Assembly (NCBI RefSeq): GCF_006345805.1
Contig: NC_042998.1
Span: 162,564,001-162,628,000, forward strand
Reading direction: 5' to 3'
Source: Octopus sinensis
Taxonomy: Eukaryota
DNA: 64,000 bases
Part shown: in pieces, positions 55,175-64,000 of the stretch
How positions within the stretch are numbered: position 1 is the first letter of the stretch
Layout of the letters: each line of letters opens with the position of its first letter
Notes under the pieces: model-generated
Told to the model about the DNA's origin: nothing
Databases searched by the model: none
What the model saw: the letters and a program-made list of their open reading frames with translations, nothing else
Position numbers and translations under genes: made by a program

Positions 55175-56215
55175 CAACAAGGTCGAGAGAAGAATCCTGA
55201 CGATTGGGCTGTGAGGGGAAATCATCAAATCACCATCTGTGAGTTATCAGAGGATGTGCACATTAGTTACAGTTTAGTTCAGTCCATTATCACTGAAGAT
55301 TTGGGTATGAGATGTGTGTCTGCCAAGTTTGTGCCAAAACTGCTTTCAGCTGACCAAAAAGGCACACAGGTTTCAGTTGCACAAGATTTCTTTGATTGGG
55401 TTGAGAACGATGAAAACTTTTTGAAAATGGTCAAAACTGGAGATGAATCATGGGTCTATGGCTATAACTCTGAAACAAAGGCTCAGTCTTCACAGTAGAA
55501 GACTCCAATCTTTCCAAACCAAAGAAAGCATGAATGAGTCGAAGCAATGTGAAAACACTGTTAATCATTTTACTCAACTACAAGGGGATTGTTCGTCATG
55601 AGTATGCACCAGACAGTAAATAAGGAGTACTACCACGATGTTTTGCAGCATTTGCTATTCATCAGAAAAGGCCACAATTGCATGCATCTGGTGAGTGACA
55701 ATTGCACCATGATAACACACCTACCCATTCAGCACAGCTTGTACAGCAGGTTTTGGTTCAGCACAGCATTCCTCAGGTCTGACAGCCACTGTATTTCCCA
55801 GTATAAATATGAATTAATATAAATATATATATATATTCTTTTATTTTCTTTCAGTCTTGTTGATTGCAGCCATGCTGGAGCACTGTCTTTAGTCAAACAT
55901 ATCAACCCCAGGAGTTATTCTTTGTAAGCCTAGTACTTATTCTATCTTGCAAGTTTTTCCTCTTTCCAAAAATCAAATCCTGCTTGAAAGGAAGAAGATT
56001 TCAGGGCATTGAGGAAATCCAAGAGAATACAATAAGGCTGCTGCTGATTATCCCAAAAAACGAGTTCCAGGAATGCTTTCATCAATGAAAACAATGCTAA
56101 ATTAAATGTGTGGCTTCTGAAGGGGACTACTTTGAAGGAGATTAAATGCCAGATTGGTACATGTTGTAGTTTTGTTTTTATGGCACCAATCCAGATATTT
56201 ACTGATCAGACCTCG
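55175..56215 (+). mobile_element. Mariner element, 5'-truncated, decayed transposase
   Basis: ITICELSE..SAKFVPKLL..TGDESWVYGY; FFLFPKIKSCLKGRRF..EGDYFEGD; 3' TIR ..ACTGATCAGACCTCG followed by TA. Confidence 0.92.
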
Positions 56216-56597
56216 TATGTATATATGCCATATTTTGGACTAATCAGTATGTCAATTAGTGTGTTGATGTGTTGAGTAAAGCACTGGTACAATTTAGGCT
56301 ACCTGGTGTCATCCGCAGTTGGGGTATATTTCCGTTGGATCTATTTCAGGAATTTCGCAGTGTTAGTTGAGATAATATGGATTGAGTAAACTAAAGATGG
56401 AATTGATATAACTCTTTATTCTGTAAAGAGTTATACCAATTCTATCTTTTGCTTACTTCATCGAAATTATATATATATATATAATAATAATAATAATATT
56501 AGGGAGTATGGCTCCAAACTTACAGGGAAAAATTAGATTTAGGATTAAATCAAATTTCACAGTATAAATATGAATTAATATAAATATATATATATAT

Positions 56598-56986
56598 TCT
56601 TTTCTTTTCTTTCAGTCATGTTGACTGCAGCCATGCTGGAGCACTGTCTTTAGTCAAACATATCAACCCCAGGAGTTATTCTTTGTAAGCCTAGTACTTA
56701 TTCTATCTGTCTCTTAGCCGAACTGCTACATTAAGGGGATGTAAAAACACCAACATCGGTTGTCAAGCGATGGGTGGAGGGACAAACACACACACAAACA
56801 TACACACACACACACACATATACGATGAGCTTCTCTCAGTTTCCATCTACCAAATCCACTCACAAGGCTTTGGTTGGCCTGAGGCTATAGTACAAGACAC
56901 TTGCCCAAGATGCCATGCGGTGGGACTGAACCAGGAACCATGTGGTTGGTAAGCAAGCTACTTACCGCATAGTCACTCCTGTGCCT
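56598..56986 (-). mobile_element. SINE family A, full length
   Basis: Reverse complement of family A. Confidence 0.9.
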
Positions 56987-57005
56987 AATTGAAGCCACTC
57001 CTTCA

Positions 57006-57044
<39 letters not shown>

Positions 57045-57253
57045 CATCATGATCATTTAACGTCCATTTTCCATGCTAGCATGGGTTGGACGGTTCAACC
57101 AGGGTCTGGTACGCCATGGAGGCTGCACCAGGCTCTTGTCTGATTTGGCAGTGTTTCTACAGCTGGATGCCCATATATATATATATATATATATATATAC
57201 TCTTTTACTTGTTTCAGTAAGCAAGCTACTTACCACACAGCCACTCCTGCGCC

Positions 57254-57289
<36 letters not shown>

Positions 57290-58094
57290 GTGTGTGAGTG
57301 AGAGAGAGATAATGAAAGTGAAAAGACTTCACAAACTGTTACTCAGAGGTTCATGTTACCTATCACCAGACAGTCACAAGTATTTTGTAGTAGTTCTGTA
57401 ATACTGTAGTTGTTATGATTTTATTAGTAAACAGTGAAGTAAAAAATGCTTGGTATCTGACTGAATAAACATTTAAAGTTGATTAGATAAGGTATTATTA
57501 TTATTATTCAAGATAATGGGAATTTGTTGGATGATAAACAATTGACTGCATCGCAAACAAATAAGAGACAAACACTATAAGCTAGTTGAAATTGAATAAA
57601 AAAACTGGATAATATAGATGTGTGATAATATAGATGTCTGTGTGAAATTGTGTGTGTGTGTATGTGTTTGTGTATATTATGTGCAAATAGGAGTTTATAT
57701 GTATTTTATAAATAATTGCATAATCTGCTGTTTGTAACCTGATCTGACCTGAGGATTTTCCATCACTGTCCAGATTGTTTCACAGTAGTCACTTTGTACA
57801 ATAAACAGCTACATGTCAAACATTATAGGCCTTAACTAGCCTGAGGCATGAGGCCTGCGGTATATCTGGAGCAATGAAGGTCTGCTTGTATACATGTCAA
57901 AGGTTTCCTTGACCAGAATTGACCAGGAACTACAAAACTACCTTTCAATAGATTCTCACTGACTCTCACTGTTCATGTCAAGAAATACAGAAATGGTAGA
58001 AATACAATGGACTTTAAGAACATTAAAAGATGTTGGGTAGAATATCATATCTGATCTTCTCTTCATAATGGTAATCAGACATTCCACAAATGTA

Positions 58095-58312
58095 AAAGGT
58101 TGGTTTCAAATTTCAGCACAAGGCCAGCAATTCAGGGAGAAGGTCCAGTTCGATTACATTGACCCCAGAGTTCAACAGGTACTTATTTTATCAACCCCAA
58201 AAGGATGAAAGGCAAAGTTGACCACAGCAGAATTTGAACTCAGAATCTAAAGATAGACAAAGTGCCACTAAACATTTTGCATGACATGCTAATGATTCCG
58301 CCAGCTCACCCC
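58095..58312 (-). mobile_element. SINE family B
   Basis: Reverse complement; GAATTTGAACTCAG B-box. Confidence 0.85.
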
Positions 58313-58469
58313 CTTACAAGTGCATAAATTTGTGAAGGGTTTTATCCACAGGCAGCTGTGGCTGAACTATGAGAATATGCTTGACAGTACAGATCATCTG
58401 TAACTTAAGCCATGCATGAAAAGGGCTCTACTCTAATCTAATATTCTTGATAAAATTAACGTTGCAATC

Positions 58470-58682
58470 TGGCAGAATTGTTGGCATGCTGGACAAAATG
58501 CCTACCAGCATTCTGTTCATCTTTATGCTCTGAGTTTATATTCTGTCGAGGTTGACTTTGCCTTTCATTTTTTCAGGGTCAATAAAATGAGTCCCAGTTG
58601 AGCACTGGGGTCAGTTTAATTGACTTACCCCACTACTGGCACCTCATGAAATTGCTGGCATTGTGCTAAAATTTGAAGCCAA
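58470..58682 (+). mobile_element. SINE family B
   Basis: CTGGCAGAATTGTTGGCATG..GTTGACTTTGCCTTTC. Confidence 0.8.
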
Positions 58683-58962
58683 TATTCTTGATAAAACTGT
58701 AAAAGCATGTTCAGCTAAGTGTAGAAAAATCATTTGCCCAGATTATTTTGGATGAGAATATATTTTTTGATAATGGAAAGAATTTTATTTTCTGAATATG
58801 AAATAATGAATTAACAAATAAAGATGAAGTTTACTGTTAGTAAAGTCAGATATGAAAAAGAAAATAATTAGTGAGAAAGTTCCAAAATTTCAAAGAATTC
58901 TTGCAACAAAGGTGTTTTCTGCAGTACTGTCAGTATACTTATACTTCGTGGTTACAAGCAGT

Positions 58963-59259
58963 GAAGGCACATGGCTCAGTCTTTAGAACATTGGACTCAC
59001 AATAATGAGTTAGTGACTTTGACTCTCAGACCGGGCTGTGTTCTTGAGCTCAGCTGTAGAAATGAGTTGTGACGTCACTGGTGCCAAGCTGTATTGGCCT
59101 TTGACTTTCCCTTGGATAACATCAGTAGCATGGAGAGGGGAGGATGATATGCATGGGTGACAGCTGGTCTTCCAGAAACACCCTTGTCCAGATTTGTGAC
59201 TTAGTGGGGAACTTTCTAGGTGCAATCCCATAGTCATTCATGACTGAAGGGGAGTCTTT
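58963..59259 (+). mobile_element. tRNA-derived SINE (family C) with internal deletion
   Basis: 11-bp perfect TSD TTACAAGCAGT (58952-58962/59260-59270). Confidence 0.88.
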
Positions 59260-59359
59260 TTACAAGCAGTAACTTTAAAACTTCTTACAAGGATGAAAAT
59301 ATTTGCTAAAATGAGTCAAATATCAACATCCCACTACAAATGTTCATATTGTCTCTGGC

Positions 59360-59565
59360 ATAAGTAGAAAGCCTGAAATTTGAAAGAAGGGGTTAATCAA
59401 TGTCATTAACCCAGCACTTGACTGGTACTTCATTTTATCAAGCCATAAGAATGAAAGGCAAAGTTGTCTTTAGTGGTATTTGAACTCAGAATGTACAGAC
59501 CCATAAGAAATACCACAGAGCATTTTTTTTTCTGCCAACACTAATGATTCTGCCACCTCACCACC
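59360..59565 (-). mobile_element. SINE family B (diverged)
   Basis: GAAAGGCAAAGTTG..TTTGAACTCAGAA on plus. Confidence 0.7.
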
Positions 59566-60369
59566 TTGCAATCACAGACATATAAAGACAAACCATGTGA
59601 AAGCTTCTGTGCAATCATTCGATCTGTTGAGAAATAGTAGCCAAATCTCCTTCAAATTACAACTTTCTAACTTCATAAAGAGAAAAAAGAAAAGTCTACA
59701 AATTACACCCTGTTGTTGTAGTGGTGGTGGTGGTGGTGATGGCTTTATCTTGTATCCGTGAATTTAGTTTCTTCTTTGCTGAATTCTTCCTTTATGGTGA
59801 TGGTGTTGATGACTCTGTAGACCAATTCTTGCATAGAAGAGTCACTGTTGGTGGAGGATAAGGTTGATTTTGTTGAGACTTGTCATTTGATTTCTTCTTT
59901 TTCTCTTCTGGTGGCTTCAAAGTTTTTGGTCACACCCTGTAATCCATTGCTGTGCAAAATGACAAGAAGGCCATGATTGGAATGCATTCAGCCATAGATC
60001 TATTTCATGAAGACTGACTTACAACTGAACAATAACGCATACATGCAAATACCCATTCATAAATTTAATACATTTTTATAAAGTATTAGGATCAATCAAG
60101 ATTCCACAGGATTTGAAACCGAGTCACCTCTGATTAAATGTCTTAGAAGTTGGTCTGGGCTAACATCTCTCTTAACAAGTTCATTACATTCGACATTGTT
60201 TGCTGTGCATGTGTATATAACTCTGTGTGTACATGTGGGCTGTATGTCTGCATGTGTGTGAGTGTGTGATTTAAAAAATGTTTATTTCATTAAAAAGTAA
60301 TTTAAAATTTTTAGAATATCTACTTTCCCACCTGAAACAATATCTATGTGCATACATTCACACAAACGT

Positions 60370-60818
60370 GTGTGTGTGTATACATATGTGTGTGTATGTA
60401 TATAAAGGTATGTATGTATATATATCTATATATATGTATGATGTATGTACATAAATGTATGTATATATATATCTATATATATAAGTATGATGTATGTATA
60501 TAAATGTATGTATATAAATGCATGTATATATATGTATGTATATAAATGTATGTATATATATATATATATAAATGTATGTATATATATATATATGTATATA
60601 AATGTATGTATATAAATGTATGTATATATATATATATGTATATAAATGTATGTATATATATATATATATATTTGTATGTATATTCATGTATGTATATACA
60701 TATATATATATATTTGTTTGTATATACATACATATATATATATGTATATAAATGTATGTATGTATATACATATATATATATGTCTGTATGTATATAAATG
60801 TGTGCGTGTGTATATATA

Positions 60819-60858
<40 letters not shown>

Positions 60859-60900
60859 TACACACACACACATAAATATTGGTATATGTATTTCCTATAT
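60370..60900. repeat. (TA)n/(TATG)n compound satellite
   Basis: Direct reading. Confidence 0.95.
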
Positions 60901-61330
60901 ATATACAGGTATATATAGTCTGTGTGTTTGTATGTATATGCACGTTTTGTGTGTGTCCATGTGTGTGCATGGCTAGATATATGTGTTTGTTTAAATTTTC
61001 TAATCAAATTTTAGAAGTGTGATGTAATAGTGTTGGGTTTGGTCTGGCTAGTGAATTGTGTTTTGAATTTTCCATTACAACTTGTGCTAAAGTCAACTGA
61101 AGACATATGGACTCACTTGACATGTAAGTAAAATAGAAAACAAACACTGGATTTAATTGAACTGAAATTTCTATGAACTCTGTGTTCAACAACTTCAGCC
61201 AACAAATTGAAAAGACAAGGGTTGTGTGAAGGTATGTCTGTGTGTGTTTATGTGTGTGTGTATGCATATGTATATGTATGTTTGTATGTATGTATGTATA
61301 TTTGTACAAACATATATATATATATATACA

Positions 61331-61377
<47 letters not shown>

Positions 61378-61409
61378 ATATGCATGTATATGTATATATA
61401 TATATATAG

Positions 61410-61444
<35 letters not shown>

Positions 61445-62603
61445 ATATATATACATATATATATTTAGGTATGTACAAGTATTTGTAGATGTATTGGTGT
61501 CAGAGAATATAAATGTGCATCATGAATGCATATATACATTCTGTGCATGTGTGTGTGTTTGTCTGTATGTGTATGTGTGTGTTTATGTACATGAGTGTGT
61601 GTATATGCAAAATGCAAGGACAAGTTCTTGGTGCAACATGTACAGCACAAGACGATAGTTCGAGTTTAAAATCAAACACTAAGTTCCAAAATTAAATAAA
61701 GGAATTTATTTAAAAAAACAACAACAACAGCAACAACAGTGACAACAGCAAAAACGACTACAACAGCAGCAACTACAATTTTAACAACTATGTTTAAAGC
61801 CAGTTCATTTGTTAGTCACCAATAGCTTTACACTCCAGCCTGCCAACGGTGTTTTGAATGAAAATGTTTGGTCTTCAGTTTCGGTTAGGTGAGGTGTCTG
61901 CAGTTGTTAGTGGAGAGGTGGAATATGCGTTACTAGTGAAGAGAAAGGATGAAGTGAAACAAAGAGTGTTGATGATGGTGGTAAATAAAATGAAATAAAA
62001 TAAGATAAAAAAAGAAAAAGGATGCGGTAACTAACAGAAAGTAATCAGGAAACCACAAAGCCTTCAGGGTGGACTTATTGGTTACTGCTAATGTAACGAA
62101 TATTTTATACACCACACCAGCTTATTCTGGAGACCACAAACATGTTGTTGTTGTAGTGGTGGCGGTGGTGGTGGTGATGGTGGCGACGACGATGGTGGTG
62201 ATGGCAGTGGTGGTGACGGAAACAGTGGTGTAGGTTGGTGGTGTGGTTGTAATGTGGATGGTTATAGAATCTAGTGTTAGTAGTAGTTGTGGTTGTTGTT
62301 TTATACTTTAGATGTTGTATGCTAATATCAGTGTTGTTCCTGTGTTAAATGTTGTCACTGCTGAAATCACCTTCCTTACCTTGAGGGCAGTACTGGTATT
62401 GCAGTATGTACAGTGGATAGAGAAATGGTCTGGACTGGATAGGAGTTGATGTGATATCACAATCTCTATTAGCAGATAACTAATCTGGACTAGATGAGGA
62501 AAGCAGTGATTTGAGCTTATATAGTAGATAGAGAACTGGTTTGGATTGGTTGAGAGTAGATGTGACATCATAATCTCTATTAGCAGATAACTAATCTGGA
62601 CTA

Positions 62604-62756
62604 CATTATTTACATTGGACCGATATGTGTCCTCATCTTGTTTGTTGTTGCCACAATGTTTCGACTAATTTACTCTCCAGCCTTCATCAGGTGTCCTGGT
62701 GGAATTTTGAACCCAACCCTGGGTTCTCATTCCTAAGGTATTTTTTGCTGATGTTA

Positions 62757-62833
<77 letters not shown>

Positions 62834-62955
62834 GTTATTTATTCAAGGCACTGCCTGGAATTGAACTCAGAATCTTGGGGTTAGTAGTCCATGCTCTTAA
62901 CACTACACTTTATGCCTATGGGCTTAACCACTACACTATATATGCCTGTGGGCTT
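62604..62955 (-). mobile_element. SINE family H, left (inverted) copy, with tandemly repeated head
   Basis: Reverse complement of 62962-63288; hammerhead core CTGATGA..GAAAC at 62651-62696. Confidence 0.8.
62651..62696 (-). ncRNA. Minimal type I hammerhead ribozyme motif (Penelope-type), partly decayed
   Basis: GACAC-CTGATGA-A-GGCTG(GAGAGTAAAT)TAGTC-GAAAC-ATT-GTG: stems I and II pair; the stem III palindrome AACGTT seen in the other two copies is AACATT here. Confidence 0.65.
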
Positions 62956-62961
62956 AACCAC

Positions 62962-63054
62962 AATGCTACATGCCCACAGGTATATAGCGTAGTGGTTAAG
63001 AGCACGAGCTACTAACCCCAAGATTCCGAGTTCAATTCCAGGCAGTAAATGATG

Positions 63055-63096
<42 letters not shown>

Positions 63097-63288
63097 TCAG
63101 AAGAAAAATACCTTAGGAATGAGAACGCAGGGTTGGGTTCAAAATTCTACCAGGACACCTGATAAGGCTGGAGAGTAAATCAACTGAAACGTTGTAGTAA
63201 CAACAAACAAAATGAGGAGACATATCCATCTAATGTAAATAATGTAAATAATGTACAGAATTCCTCATCTCCAAAATATAGAACAATA
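62962..63288 (+). mobile_element. SINE family H, right copy
   Basis: TAGCGTAGTGG A-box, GAGTTCAATTCC B-box, (AAT)n, GACAC-CTGATA-AGGCTG..CAACT-GAAACGTT. Confidence 0.8.
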
Positions 63289-63825
63289 TAATCTGGACTA
63301 GATGAGGAAAGCAGGGATTTGTGACCTGTATAGTAGATAGAGAACTGGTCTGGACTGATGGAGGGAAGCAATGATATTCATTCTATGTAGAGGATAGAGA
63401 ACTGGCCTTGACTGGATCAGTGAGACAGTGATATAGTCTCAAAACTGGATAGATAATGAGACTGGACTGAGTTGCTTTGTGGTTTGGTTCAGTAGCCTTC
63501 TCTCTACTTAGTTCAAATTCAGCAATGACTAAATTTCAAGATTAGCCTTCCATAATTGATACAGTAAATAATCTAGCAAGCTAACTTTTTCTCAGACAAT
63601 GTTGATATCTGACCTCATCAGCACAAATGCTTATTTGCTACCTTATGTTTGTTGCTTTTGTAATGGTTTTTGTAGTAGTTGAAGGATCTGTAGTATGGTG
63701 CAGGCTATGACTTAAAATTCTTTAATTTATACTTCAGAAATATTCGTTTCTGTGCAGTTTCTCTAGATCAAATTCCAGTCACAAAGCATTGATCAAACAA
63801 TTTACTTGTATGTAATTACTTAAAT

Positions 63826-63981
63826 AGGCACAGTTGTGGCTGTAATAAGAAGCTTGTTTCCCAACCACATTATTCTGGGTTCAGTCCCACTATGTGATAC
63901 ATTAGCCAAGTGTCTTCTAGTATAGCATCAGGCCAACCAAGGCCTTGTGAGTGGATTTGGTGGAAAGAAACTGAAAGAAGG
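63826..63981 (+). mobile_element. SINE family A 5' half, followed by a family B head at the window end
   Basis: Colinear with family A. Confidence 0.8.
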
Positions 63982-64000
63982 CGGTGAGCTGGCAGAAATG

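Larger units (their letters stand above)
62415..63470 (+). repeat. ~110-bp minisatellite interrupted by the family H dimer
   Basis: ATCTGGACTAGATGAGGAAAGCAG..TAGATAGAGAACTGG units on both sides of the insertion. Confidence 0.75.

Noticed and set aside
62415-63470. CRISPR-like repeat-spacer array
   Set aside because: Eukaryotic minisatellite with degenerate units, no unique spacers, no cas genes

Overview
A repeat-saturated, AT-rich eukaryotic window. The SINE families and microsatellite load resemble Octopus (cephalopod) DNA; this is my recognition, not a database result. No intact host protein-coding gene can be supported. Almost all ORF-track entries are translations of microsatellites or repeats. 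Content: dozens of tRNA-derived SINEs of about 6 families; decayed LINE ends (RTE, R4/Dong, CR1/L2-like); mariner and hAT transposase remnants; hAT- and piggyBac-type MITEs; an internally deleted Ty3/gypsy element nested in a SINE; a full-length U6 snRNA pseudogene; extensive simple repeats. Most notable: a tRNA-headed SINE carrying a minimal Penelope-type hammerhead ribozyme motif (3 copies), two copies of which form a head-to-head dimer inside one 12-bp target-site duplication. There are also repeated signs of local templated copying (foldback palindromes, a templated insertion, a conversion-like tract).
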